DNA of 64,000 bases, taken from the NCBI GenBank assembly GCA_050575255.1, contig JBNZDD010013731.1, positions 12,300,998 to 12,364,997 of the forward strand, written 5' to 3'. The stretch's first letter is position 1. Each line of letters begins with the position of its first letter. The stretch is from Harriotta raleighana. Lineage: Eukaryota. The notes beneath the pieces are model-generated. The model saw only the letters and a list, made by a program, of their open reading frames with translations, was not told the origin of the DNA and made no database searches. Of the stretch, positions 1 through 12,360 are shown piece by piece. The position numbers and the translations under genes were made by a program.

Positions 1-942
1 AACTGTTAGTGCTGTCATTTCCTTACCTAATAATAATCTGTGCATTTCATTAGGTGCCTTTCATCTCAGGTTCAAAATTTGGATGGTTCAATGTGCTTCA
101 AAGGATTTACTACAAAGCATAGTGAGTATGTATTACAGCATGTAGGCAAACATCTGGACATATGTTCTGGACATACCTATCTATTATTGGAACAGGGTGG
201 GATTCATAAGGCAGAAGTTGGTATGGTTATATGATTTGATAAAGGTTCACATGTGGTTTCGTCCATCAATATGCCAGAAAACAGAATGTAAAATTTGCTG
301 TGACTCTGATTTTTCACGATCTTTGTATATATTATCTCATGATTACTACTCCCTGTAGGGGAACTGTAGAACCTATCTACTGTAATTTTGCCTTCTTTTT
401 TTATTTCTGCCAATAATAATATCATAAGAAAATCCACTTGTGAGGCCAACCAGAGACTGGAAAAGAAATCACTAGTTGGCAAGTAACTTTCCCCTGTACT
501 GTTTCATACATTAGTACATCTAATAAAATTTGTAATTCATCAGTGTATTTCAATAGCAGCGTTTAACAAGTCATTATAGTGCTAAAGTACAACTCAAGAG
601 AATCTCACTCCATTCTGTGGAGAGATGTGAACATCTCACACAAAGATTTTTTTTTACATAATCAAATATTTCTCTTTGATGCCAGCTCTATAATAATCTC
701 CATTTATGCGAAAATTAAGTTAGAAGACATTATTCTACACATTGAGAAACTTGTGGGGGAAATTACCCATTCAGAATAAGTTAGAGGAAACTTTAAACAG
801 TAGTTTGCAAACTACAAATACAAAAAATATTTTACATTCTAAGGTTGAATTGTATGAAAGGTCTTGATTTTAGGAAGCCAAGTTAAAATAACAGTGGCTG
901 AGAATGTTATCTTTTCTGGGACGTTTGCTAGAATGAAGCGAA

Positions 943-1290
943 GGGAGTCCTGTCAAGTAAGGTTAGGGAGTTTGCCTTACAAGCGAGAGGACCTGGGTTC
1001 GATTTCCGGCAGGGAATAACATTAGGCAAGTTTCCTTACTCCACACAGTTATGTTTTCCTAGCGGTAAGCAGGAACATGGTTGTTAGTCGAGTGGCAGGT
1101 TGCTTTCCGGGGATAATAATTCATCAAAAAATTATTGGGTCACTCAACCCACAACTATTTCTGGGACACTGCTATGCTTAATTGACTGCTGTGTTTCGCC
1201 CACTAAATACCCAGTGAATTCTGTGGGGCACATCGAGTTGTCTCAACAATATAAGGTGCTATATTAAATGCAAGGATGGTTATTATTATT
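943..1290 (+). mobile_element. tRNA-derived SINE, family A, long variant
   Basis: tRNA-like head with B-box-like GGTTCGATTTCC, family core AGGCAAGTTTCCTTACTCCACAC, central GGGACACTGCTATGC..ATTGACTGC, tail AAGGTGCTATATTAAATGCAAGG followed by (TTA)n. Confidence 0.85.
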
Positions 1291-1309
1291 TTTATCATGA
1301 TTGTAATAA

Positions 1310-1452
1310 AGGGATGAATATCTCCTCTTGCAGCTGTAGCTAATGAAATGTATTTGTACAGTCTCAAGCCAGGTCCATTGGGCACAAGTCCACAGCACAC
1401 AACGATCCATAATTCATCGCTAATTGGCAAACTCAGTCAAAGAGGCCTCAAG
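1310..1452 (+). mobile_element. Ancient SINE fragment resembling the LF-SINE central region
   Basis: TGAAATG..GTCTCAAGCCAGGTCC..GGCACAAGTCCACAGCACA..CTAATTGGCA..AGAGGCC resembles the LF-SINE body as I recall it. Not aligned. Confidence 0.4.
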
Positions 1453-1669
1453 GATGGCTTTTGTGAGGAACTCAAAAAAAGTTGCACTCCTGCCTAAGGA
1501 GGAAGTTGCATTTTTACTGCACTTTATGAGGTTGAAATACCTTAACATGCTTCATAGGAATTATGTCAAATATAGTGACTGTCTTTTGAACAGTGTCATG
1601 GGATCTCTAACATCTATGCAATCAGGCAGAAGGCACCTCGATCTTACTTATGATCAACGAAAGCAGCTT

Positions 1670-2292
1670 NNNNNNNNNNNNNNNNNNNNNNNNNNNNNNN
1701 NNNNNNNNNNNNNNNNNNNNNNNNNNNNNNNNNNNNNNNNNNNNNNNNNNNNNNNNNNNNNNNNNNNNNNNNNNNNNNNNNNNNNNNNNNNNNNNNNNNN
1801 NNNNNNNNNNNNNNNNNNNNNNNNNNNNNNNNNNNNNNNNNNNNNNNNNNNNNNNNNNNNNNNNNNNNNNNNNNNNNNNNNNNNNNNNNNNNNNNNNNNN
1901 NNNNNNNNNNNNNNNNNNNNNNNNNNNNNNNNNNNNNNNNNNNNNNNNNNNNNNNNNNNNNNNNNNNNNNNNNNNNNNNNNNNNNNNNNNNNNNNNNNNN
2001 NNNNNNNNNNNNNNNNNNNNNNNNNNNNNNNNNNNNNNNNNNNNNNNNNNNNNNNNNNNNNNNNNNNNNNNNNNNNNNNNNNNNNNNNNNNNNNNNNNNN
2101 NNNNNNNNNNNNNNNNNNNNNNNNNNNNNNNNNNNNNNNNNNNNNNNNNNNNNNNNNNNNNNNNNNNNNNNNNNNNNNNNNNNNNNNNNNNNNNNNNNNN
2201 NNNNNNNNNNNNNNNNNNNNNNNNNNNNNNNNNNNNNNNNNNNNNNNNNNNNNNNNNNNNNNNNNNNNNNNNNNNNNNNNNNNNNNNNNNNN
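1670..2292. other. Assembly gap (623 N)
   Basis: Run of N. The ORFs 1424-2377 and 1650-2372 are artefacts of it. Confidence 1.
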
Positions 2293-2465
2293 GAGTTCTG
2301 GAAGACCTGCAGCTTGTGGATGGAGGAGCCGGGAAGGCCTACGAGGAGAGAGTTCCCATAGTCCAGCCTTGAGGTGATGAAGGCGTGGACTAGTGTTTCA
2401 GCAGCGTGAGGGGTGAGGCAGTGTCGTAGCCTGGCGATGTTCCGGAGGTGGTGGAAGGCAGTGCC
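2293..2465 (-). mobile_element. L2 LINE ORF2 fragment abutting the gap
   Basis: Reverse complement reads ACTGCCTTCCACCACCTCCGGAACATCGCC..TTCATCACCTCAAGGCTGGACTATGGGAACTCTCTCC ([21 protein letters not shown]), matching the L2 copy at 57870-58100. Confidence 0.8.
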
Positions 2466-3692
2466 AGTTGTAGTAATGCCAGTTGTAGTGTGTCAACCTA
2501 GACTGTGCGTTCAAGTGCCAAGGTGAGACTTGACCTCACAACTGTATGACTCAGAAGCAAGCCTGCTAGCAACTTTACCAAGCTGATACCAATGCCATTG
2601 ATACCAATGTTTCTGTTTCTTTTCCGACTGTGTGGTTCAATTTCTCTCTCATTTACCTGTAACCAGTAAAATCACTTATATTGTTATATTGATTCCAAAT
2701 GCAACAATGTGTAAACTGTAGTGAGTAGCTTGCCTGGATGCAGATGAATAAATTTATTTTATTTGTTTAAATAAACAGTTGTTTTTAAAATAACAGTTAT
2801 TTTTGTGCTCTAGAGTTGTTCTGGGGAAGCGGAATATTGTGTGTGAAAGGGAAGGAGGTCAGGGCTGTATTATGGGACAAATAATTAATAATTAATCCAT
2901 TCATTTGATGTGGCATCTTATCAAGTCATTGAGGCGGCTCAAAGAGTTTCACGGGATTTACTGTAGGCAAGCACAGCACTTACCTTAAGCACAGCAATGT
3001 CCCAGAAACTGCCATGATGTTGTGTGAATGACCAATTTTATCCTGAAGATTATTAGCCAGGAAATGGGAGAAAATCGTGTCTCTTTTTGAATTGTGCAAT
3101 GGGTTCTTTAACATTCACCTGAACAGACCAATGGGACCTTGGTTTTACATCTCATCTAATCATATTGGACTTTTTGCATGATTTCCTTTCGGGTTCAGGA
3201 GCGGCCATGCAAAATTTTAACCAGGAAGAGAGAGTGGGTGAGGTCAAGTCCCTAATTCGGTAGGTTAGGAAACGTTAGAATTCTTTCCCACCATCCCTCC
3301 ACTTTGTCCACTCCTTCCCCTTTTTCAGATCGCACTTGAAGACCATCCTCCGACAAATACAATTGCTCCAGGCAGCCAGTGGGTCAGTCTAGTGATACTA
3401 TACATTAACACTCTAATGCATATTACTGTAGTATGGGATGATTAATGGCCAATGGACAAAGTGACGAGCAGAAGCTCAAGTTCTCTCTACAGGAGGAGAT
3501 GAAAAGTCACTTTGGAGTGCCAATTGGTCACAGGGTGTAAGCTGTGCAGGGATTGGCCTCTCAGTAGCAGAGGTATGAAAGCCAAAGGGAACCTGACGAT
3601 AGGGAATACCTTACTAAGAAAATAGTCTTCAAACTCAACCTTTCAGCAGCCTTTTATATTTAGGCTGACATCTTGACGTGTGCCATGGATTC

Positions 3693-3977
3693 GTGGAGTC
3701 CTGTAGCTCGGTGGTTAGAGCATTTGCCTTAAAAGCGAGAGACCTGGATTTGATTTTCGGCTGGGCGAAACCTTGGGCATGTTTCCTTACTCCACACGCC
3801 TGATAATAATCCCTCAAAAAAAAAAAAAAATCGGTCATTTCAATCCACAATTGGCTGCCGCGTTTTGCCCATAAAATGCACAGTCGATTTACGTTCCAGT
3901 ACATTCTGTGCAGTGCTTTGAGATGACTCAACAACATGATAAGGCGCAATATCAAATGCAAGGTTTAGTATTATTAT
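3693..3977 (+). mobile_element. tRNA-derived SINE, family A
   Basis: GTGGAGTCCTGTAGCTCGGTGGTTAGAGC (A box), degenerate B box, internal A-run, L2-type tail and (TTA)n end. Confidence 0.9.
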
Positions 3978-4089
3978 ATGCACTTCTCCTAAGTTAGTGT
4001 GAATGTGTTAACGTTGTCCTTTAGCCACAATGCAAATCAATATTCAGTTTTCTGGAGGAGGAGAATGTGCAAACGTGTGTTGTAGACTA

Positions 4090-4415
4090 TAATGATAATA
4101 ACAATCCTTGCATTTGATACAGCGCTTTTCACATCTTATCAATGTCAAAAAAGCACTTCACAGAAATATGCTGTAAAGTGAATTGACTGTATGTTTGTGG
4201 GCCAAACGCAGCATCCAATTGGGTACAGCAGTGTCCCACAAACAGTCGTGGATTGAAATGACCAATTTTTATTATTGTGTTTTTTTAGAGGGATTATTAT
4301 TAGGCATGGTGGAGCAAGGAAACTTGCACAAGGCTTCATCCTGATCTGCCTGGATTCGAACACAGGTCTCATGCTTGTAAGACGAGTGCTCTAACCACTG
4401 AGCTACAAGAGCTCC
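4090..4415 (-). mobile_element. tRNA-derived SINE, family A
   Basis: Full reverse-complement copy: AATCCTTGCATTTGATA tail through CTCTAACCACTGAGCTACA head. Confidence 0.9.
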
Positions 4416-5234
4416 TGACACCAAATACTGTATGAAGAATATCTGAAACTCAGGCACGTACATGGCGTGCCTTTTAACGTACTGCCATAACTGCAGTTCC
4501 ATGGTGCCATTTACAATGTCTCACCATCTGCTACTTCATTATAATCTAATGAACTGTGTTAAACTAAAAGAAATCCCAATGCTGTATTCAGAAATACTTT
4601 ATGCAATCACTGTCTGAATCCTCACGGGCCCTCCTCAGTCTTTCCAAAGCCCAGATGGAAAGATGAAACTAGCCGAGTTAAAAGCTTTGGCTGTGGGTGG
4701 TATACTTACTGTACACTCTCAGCACAGATTGCAATCACTCAACCAAATTGCCTACTCTCATGCCAGCATACTCAAAATGGTGACATTTTCATGCAGAGAA
4801 TATTTTACAAATGCAGAGGCTGACAGTGATTTCCTGGCAAAGATAATGTTACTTTATTAAAAGATATTAATAACATGGTTGAGTCTGCTTCTGCTGACCT
4901 GTTCCTAGCTTGAATTAAAGCTGATTATTAATAAAAATGTTTGGAAAATTATTGTGCAGAAAATGAACGTGTGAATCATTCTGTAACAATCAGGCCAATA
5001 ACTCACTGTAAGAAACTAAAGCAGAAACATTCTCAGTCTTAGGCTTTCTACCAACGTCGTAAAATGTAAATTGTGCTGCATTTTGGAAAGTTCTTTACTT
5101 TAGTCTTAATTTGGAGACTGATTTCCTACTGTTCTTTGGGATTCTGTCCTGTAGGCATTTCAAGATAAGGGGGAGTGTTATTTTAATAAGAACATAAAGA
5201 GAGAATAGAAAATGAAATATATATTTGTTTCAGT

Positions 5235-5420
5235 GATCACAGAATTGTAGAATATTACAGCAGTCTGTTTGGCCCTTCAAGTCAGCAGTGATGTTTTCTC
5301 TACATGAACCACTGAATGTAATCCCAATCTCCTGTTTGCTCCCCATACACCATAGTTCTCCTCTTCAAGCATTTATCCAATTCACTTTGAAAGGAATTTA
5401 TGCAGCCTACTTCAACATAG
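5235..5420 (-). mobile_element. CR1 LINE 3' end remnant
   Basis: Degenerate CACAGAAT/GTAGAAT terminal repeats and GGCCC.TC motif, similar to the CR1 end at 20524. Confidence 0.55.
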
Positions 5421-6694
5421 GCTCCATAAACTTCACCACAGTGATAGACGTATGGAACTGATTATCAGCACAGGGGGAGAACAAGAAATACAAAAGAGTT
5501 TCCAAACGGAAGTGGTCATGTACTGCCAACTAAATTGATTTAGAATTAATTGTTTTAAATACTTGAAAGACTCTAAAGGGAAGTCCTAAAAGCCTGGTGG
5601 TTTACCAGCATCTGAAATTGTCCTTACCATGTACTGCATATGGGAGAACGTCAGCCAATCCAACATAAATTGGGATTGCCCCCGGTGGGAAGAATCAAAA
5701 TAGTTCCTGACTGACATCTGCCTCCTCTGCATTGGGGAGCCTGTGAGAGATAACTCTCTCCTACACATGGTTCTTGTACAAAATACAGACTCTTGATATT
5801 GCGTCTTTCATGTCAGGAGGATATCTCAAAGGGCTTCACAGGATATATGGTAAAGTATAGTTTGTATGTGAGCACATTTGTCTCATTAACTATCTCAGAG
5901 TATAGTTCATACATCCATGGCAACTTATTGGATTTCAGCCATTTGACCTGACCACAACCTAGGACAAAACTTAGTGCACAAAGCATAGGTTACCATAGCT
6001 CAATAACTTTCAATCTGTAATGTGAAACAGAACACACAAGCAGCCAGTAGGAGAAAAAGGACCAATCAGGTAAACTGCACTGGGAGTCAATGTTTCAAAC
6101 TTGAGCTGGGGTTGGGATCGGGCAGAGTGGAAGGAAAGAAGGGGATTTGGAGTGATCTGGGGCGGGGGACGCCACAGTGCAGGGACTGGAGAAGAAGCCA
6201 TTGGTGGTGACAAAGTGGAGAAGATAGTTGTTGTTAAGGGAGTAAGGTTGAAATGGGGAAATGTTGCGCAGGATGTCCCAATGGACTGTGCTTTAACTCC
6301 TCCCATTTTCCAGTTTAAAACATAACCTGAACTCATTGCAGAATTATTTAATTTGTAGAGCACAACAAATTTTCAAAGGAGGAAACTGTATTTGACAGAG
6401 ATAGCCAAGATCGTAGAGAGAAAGTCTGGCCAGCTGTGCAGAGGTGGGTCCCTACCTCTAGGTCTGTAAACTCCCACATTTTGTAGACAATTTACAGATG
6501 CTGTTGTTTGTCGAGTTCCTGACAATCTATAATGTACATGGGAGCAAACATAGTTTTCTGTTTTGGAAAAAGGAGGATGGAAATTCCACGTATTTCTAGA
6601 CAATTGCGTTTTCAACACAATTGTGTTTTGAAAAGCACTTAGAGATATTTATTTTAGGTATTGTGTAAACCGAAGGTCTGATTTATTATTTATA

Positions 6695-6950
6695 CAATAC
6701 AAATTTACATTTATATAGTGCTTTTCACATCAGGAGAACATCCCAAGGCGTTTAACAATCCTGGCTTGGCATCTCAACTAGAGGCGAGTGGGGCAGTGAG
6801 GGGAAAGATAATACAGTAATAATAATCCTTGCATTCGATGTAGCACCTTATAATGTGTTCGAGACATCTCAAAGCGCTTCACAGAATATACCGTAAAGTG
6901 AATTGGCTGCATATTTTGTGGAAGAATCGTGCAGTCAATTGCACATGGAG
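6695..6950 (-). mobile_element. L2 3' tail followed by a family A SINE 3' half
   Basis: AATTTACATTTATATAGTGCTTTTCACATCAGGAG, then AATAATCCTTGCATTCGAT..AAAGCGCTTCACAGAATATA. Confidence 0.75.
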
Positions 6951-7928
6951 GTGACTGAGAGAGCGGTCAAACAGGTGGGTGTTGAGACGGATCGTTAGAA
7001 AAGGAAAAAGACACATTGATAGTATTGCTTGAGTGTAAGGATTCTGTGAAGGTTTAATTGAATAGTTGAATGAAAAAATGGGGTCACAACAGTTCATGAT
7101 CACTCCTATGACCTCACACACAATTGCAGAATAAGGTTACAGATCAAACTCTTTGTGAGATCTGATGGAATCATCCCACAGCTGTGTCAAGTCTTACTAA
7201 TGTTACAGGATGACCAATTGCTATCAATTTCAAGGAAGCTTCAATAACCATTTAACCTTCTGGGTCTGCTTCAAATCCCAGTCTCTGACCTAGTTAGGAG
7301 TTTAGCCTCTTGAAAACATGAGACCTCCAGATTGCTCTCAAAGCAATTACACTTGACTTCTTTATCCACATTTTCCGTAAATACATGATGAACTAGCAGC
7401 AGAGATCAACAAAAATGTCCATTATTAAGTCTAATATGACGCTCCTTGTAAATCTGCACACTATTATCTCCAATTGACCTTCACATTTATGGTGTAGCCA
7501 CCCAAACAAAGGCCGCGTTAATCTTTTATTGTACACTAAACATAAACAGTCTTGCGTTTATATTTTCCAGCAGAACATATTACTTCATCTAAACCTCTAG
7601 ATATCAGCATCCCAGTTTAACAGTGTCTCTTCTGCACCATGGATCTCCATGTTCTCATTATACTCTGTTATTGTTTGGAATTCTGCCTTACAATAACAGT
7701 GATATGTGAGAAAGAGCTGCGGTGATGATCTGATTAAAGTAGTAATTTTAAACAAGTTCACTTATGTCTTGGAAGTGGCCTCACATGGTGCAAGTTGATT
7801 TAACCTTTGGTCTCTCAGGTAACCATGGCAACTGTCCTTTTTATTATCCTCTGGCACACTTGATTTTGACCTTTAAATACCTTTTTAAAGTCTTTTCCAC
7901 AAAAGCCCGATTCAAAGAAGAGCCTGTC

Positions 7929-8219
7929 AGATTCTGTAGCTCAGTGGTTAGAGCACTCGCCTTCGAAGCGAGAGATCTGGGTTTGACTCCAGACAGGGGA
8001 AAACCTTGAGCAAGTTTCCTTACTCCACACAACTGATAATAATCCCTCAAAAAAAACAATAATAAATCGGTCATCTCAGTCCACAATTGTTTGTGGAACA
8101 CTGCTGTGCTCAATTGGCTGCCGTGTTTCGCCCACAAAATATACAGTATATTCTGTGAAGCGCTTTGAGACGTCCAGAAATCATGAAAAGTTCTATATCA
8201 AATGGAAGAATTGTTATTA
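7929..8219 (+). mobile_element. tRNA-derived SINE, family A
   Basis: CTGTAGCTCAGTGGTTAGAGCACTCGCC head through AAGCGCTTTGAGACGTCC tail. Confidence 0.9.
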
Positions 8220-8224
8220 GGATT

Positions 8225-8430
8225 ACTGTATCTCATCTGAAGGCATTTGTGAGAAAAAACATTCTCTTAGCATTGCACTGGAGTGTCAGCCTAGGTTGAG
8301 CTCAAATTCTCAATGTGGGATGTCCTTCCGACGTGAAAGGTGCTCTATAAATGTAAATTTATTGTTGTTGTTAGCTCACAATGTTCTGATTCAGAGGTGA
8401 GAATGCTACTGACTGAACCAGACTAATACA
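8225..8430 (-). mobile_element. Older Deu-type SINE (family B) 5' half with an embedded + strand L2 tail at about 8315-8370
   Basis: TCTCATCTGAA..GCACTGGAGTGTCAGCCTAG..TTCTGATTCAGAGGTGAGAATGCTAC, interrupted by TGTCCTTCCGACGTGAAAGGTGCTCTATAAATG..(TTG)n. Confidence 0.75.
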
Positions 8431-8684
8431 TGAGAGGATTTTGTCTGCAATTCTCCAATATTTGACGAATTTACCAATGATGTCTGTGTCAGTGCGGACA
8501 TTAAAGTTAGTTCTTAGAAGAGAATTAATGCACTTCTAAGTCAGTTGATAGTTACCAACACAATGGGTTTACTAATGCTGTTGGTGGAGTATCAAAATGA
8601 ATCAGTTGGGGGGCTTCACGAAGGTGAAGGCTCAGGCTGCTGCAAGAGCAACGTTCATTGGAAAATGATGAAGAGTCATTGACT

Positions 8685-8905
8685 GGAACTCCATCGCAGA
8701 AGCTTTCCCCTTGCCTACTTCAAGGCCTGTCTCAAGACCTTCCCCTTTGATCATTCATTCAGCCACCCTCTCACGCCCCCTATTCTCCTCCACCACTTTT
8801 GATACCAACCCCATCTTGGGTGAAACCCCTTCACTGTCCTGTGCCTTGGATCGTCCTTCTGAATTGAAACCACTATATATGTGTGTAATTTTGTTATTGT
8901 TGTTG
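8685..8905 (+). mobile_element. L2 LINE 3' fragment
   Basis: TGGAACTCCATC..TTCAAGGCCTGTCTCAAGACC..C-rich 3'UTR..CACTATATATGTGTGTAATTTTGTTATTGTTGTTG. Confidence 0.8.
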
Positions 8906-9304
8906 ATTGCAATGCAGGAGGTTGAAGCCAGATAATGTATTAAGGCCTCATATCTTAAGTGGGAAAGAAAAGTGTGGCAGGAGGGAGAAATAGAAATTAT
9001 ATCCCCTCCATCGGTTTCATTAGGTAACACTTTATCTAGGAGATTGAGCAATTAAACTCTTGAAACATCTGCGAATGCCATTGTTGTGATAGTGTTCTAT
9101 CCTAGCATTAAGATTAGTATCAGCCAGTGCTAAGGGTATGCAGCCTTGTGAGAAAGGTACCAGATTCTCTGAGTTCTTTCAATAAAGTGTTGAGTGAAGG
9201 CTAATACTTTATCTGTGTAAAAGAGTCCAGATGATGAAATTAGAAGGAGCATAAGTTAATTGAAGCTTTCTGGGTGTAATAATCCTCCAATTTTTTTTAT
9301 ATAA

Positions 9305-9812
9305 GATTCAGTCACTCACTCCATTGATGTGGAACACTGCTGTGCGCAATTTACAGTCAATGCACTTTACAATATATTTCCGATGAAATATCACAAAGAC
9401 ATGATAAGGTACTGTATCAAATGCTCAATTAAATTAATTATAACTTTCTTCAGAGAGGCAGAAAACTCCACCCTCCCTGTTAGAAGAGTGAAGCATAAAT
9501 CCTCAATGTTATTATATTCTAAAGCCTTGCTTCTAATTATTTCTCAGCACTAGAAGTGAAAGGCAGGAAAGCTAATTGCGCATAACAATGTCCTGGAAAC
9601 AATCGTGGATTGAGTGACCAATTTTTTTTTTGGGTATTGTTAGCCCTGGAAAGCGATCCGCCAATCAACTAAAAACTGTGTTCCTACTTACTGCTAGGTA
9701 AACAGAGGCATGTGGAGTAACAAAATTTGCCTAATGTTTTGCCCTGCTTGGGGTATCAACCTAGGTCCTCTTGCTTGTGAGCTGAAGCGACCAATTTGTT
9801 AAGGGACTGCAC
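9305..9812. mobile_element. Two partial family A SINEs (+ 9305-9440; - 9571-9812)
   Basis: GGAACACTGCTGTGCGCAATT on +, and reverse-complement head/body TGTGGAGTAA..TTGCCTAATGTTTTGCCCTGC. Confidence 0.75.
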
Positions 9813-11104
9813 AAATAGAGGACTCAAGGATATGTTGAGCAGATGGGGTAGAGATGGGAAATTGAGAAGAAATAGGGTTTCATAATCAACCTTTTCCTCG
9901 ATCCTAAAAAGTCTTATAATCGTTTTAACTGGAGATCTAGATGCTGCTCTATGAAAATGTTCAGGATTTTTGGTTGCACTTAAAAATCCTGTGCGTGTGG
10001 AGAACAGACTCCTCTTCACATTTGTGTATGATATTATGTTGTTGTGTATACACACTTTAAAGTTCACTCCGAAGAAGCCAAATACAAGTAGTTAGTGTTG
10101 AAGCCAGGCATCCTTTCATGCCTTGAAGAGTTTTCCATCACGTAGTAATTTAACCTCGTGCATTCAGTACCAGATGTGTTTTTTGTACAATCCCTCGCTG
10201 AAGATGATACTCCTGTGCAATGCTGTGGCCCAAATCTTGCAATAGAGAAACAACCATTTTGTGATCAGGGGAAGCCCAAATCCCATTTCTGATGACAATA
10301 TCAGAAGCGGTATTCACTATCTAGAATAACAACTGGCCCCCTGGCTCCTGCCTCCTCATTCCTAATGTAAACTGTTTTATTCCCATCTCAAGGAAGGAGT
10401 GTTTACACAGGAGGCACACTTTGTCACTGAATTCATAGAATATATCCAACATTATAGCATTTTAGTACTATGGTGGGGTATGGATGGCATCCAAGAACTA
10501 CAAATTCTACTTAAATCCTATCCGAACAAGCATCGACTCAATTGCTGATATTTCATGTATTGTGCCTTTTAAGGGATTGTGTCCCATGCTTAGTAAAATA
10601 AAGGATAAAATGGAATCAGTATATTAAATCAAACCTACATCTGTCATTCTTTTTTATTGAACTCCAAACCATGTCAAACCAAAGATTGGGATTTGAGGCA
10701 CAAAAACGACTTGACTCCACAAGGTTAAATGATGCCGGAGGCATCCATGAAATTAATTAATCCCATTTCTTTGCTCTGGAGTGATTCCACTTGCTAATGT
10801 AAACAGACCTTCCAACAACTGGAACCAGCTAGGACATATGATCATGAATTCCTGCTGGTGCTCATAGAAATCCATTGACAAGACATTAACACTTTCAATG
10901 CCCTAGGAAGAGGCCAGTTGGTCCACCAACTGCTAAGATTTTTTTTTGCATTTTAAAGACCCTTATATTAAATGTAATGACTAATAGGGATGACATTTTA
11001 TGCACTACGAGGTCTTACAAGTAGCTATGAAGTTAATGACCAATTTATCTGTTGCATTATTCAGGTCAGACAATAGGATTGTTACCATCCACCCAAAGAA
11101 CATG

Positions 11105-12360
11105 TAGACAACAACAACTTGCATTTTATATATCACCCATCATGTAAAGCAGTGTCTCAGAGAGCATTACCCACAAAGACAGGTATTTGGTCTTATCTGA
11201 AGGATGGCACTTCCGACAATGCAGTGCTTCAGTAACTGCCCTGGAAAAACAACTGAATCCCTACAAGAGGGTTGAACCCATTGCTCTCTTACCTCGCTAC
11301 AAGAGTGTAAACATCTGAGCCAAGCTGACACACAGCTGGTGCTTGCTCTTCCATTGGAGCTAACTGCTTTCAATGCAATCCCATGCAATATTTACGTGCA
11401 GTTATTCAATGCATGTTAAGGTGAAAGTTTCCACTAGTTGGTGAATCCAAAACAAGAGCGCCCTTTTCGTTGGTCAACAAACTAAATTTGCATGATTGGA
11501 TATTTTCTTAATTGATAGGCATCACCACTTGGTAGATACTAGAAACAAGGCATTGATTTGGAACGTACTCGTCTGGACTGGATGTTTCTTGATGGCCTCA
11601 AGGGACACCTCCAACCTATCGGCCAATGGTTGGCCAACACTGACATTCCAATGCAATGCTGGACTTGCATTGTATCATTGATGGTGTTGTCCTTTGGATG
11701 ACATTAAACCAAGTTCCCTGCTGCTGAGTTCAAGTATATGTTAAATGTCCTATGGCACTATTCAAAAAGAGAAAGGAGTTTCTCTTAGGTCCTTTGGCCA
11801 ACATTCCTCCAGGTAAAACATTTTTTTTCACCATTTCTCTTGTGGGATACTGCTGTGCACAAATTTGCTGCTGTGTTTGTCTAAAAGTCCACAGTAATAA
11901 AACAAATGTGAATAGTTATTTTAGAGACTTACAGAAATAATAATAATCATGATCCTTACATTTGGTGTAGCGCCTTTCATGTTGGGAGGATGTTTCAAAG
12001 AATTTCACAGATTATGCTATGAAATGCAATGACGGTGTGTTTTACGGGTGAATGTGGCAATACAGTATTTCACAAAAATCAATGAAATGAATGAACAGTT
12101 TTATTTTGGAGAAATTGTTGGTCAGGATCCCTGGAGAAATTCCCTCCCTTCTCTTTTCAAATGGTGCTATGGAATCTTTAACATAGAGCTGAACATGCAG
12201 ACGGGGGTCTCAGTTTAACGTCTCATCTGTAGGACAAGGTCCTCCAACATATTCAGCAAATCCCAAGCATTTTAGACTATACCAGTTCCCGAAATGGGGA
12301 TTAATGCACAATCTTCTGACATAGAGGTGAACGTGCTGTAAACTGAACCTGGCTGATTCA
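11105..12360. mobile_element. Cluster of family B Deu-type SINEs (- 11105-11335; + 11630-11940; - 11940-12360) with a CR1 remnant at about 11420-11595
   Basis: Recurrent TTTAACGTCTCATC / GATGACATTAAACC, GGCACTTCCGACAATGCAG, TGTGGGATACTGCTGTGCACAAATT. The CR1 piece contains TTTCCACTAGTTGGTGAATCCAAAACAAG. Confidence 0.7.

Noticed and set aside
1424-2377. The long ORFs 1424-2377 (317 aa) and 1650-2372 (240 aa)
   Set aside because: They are mostly X residues translated across the N gap.
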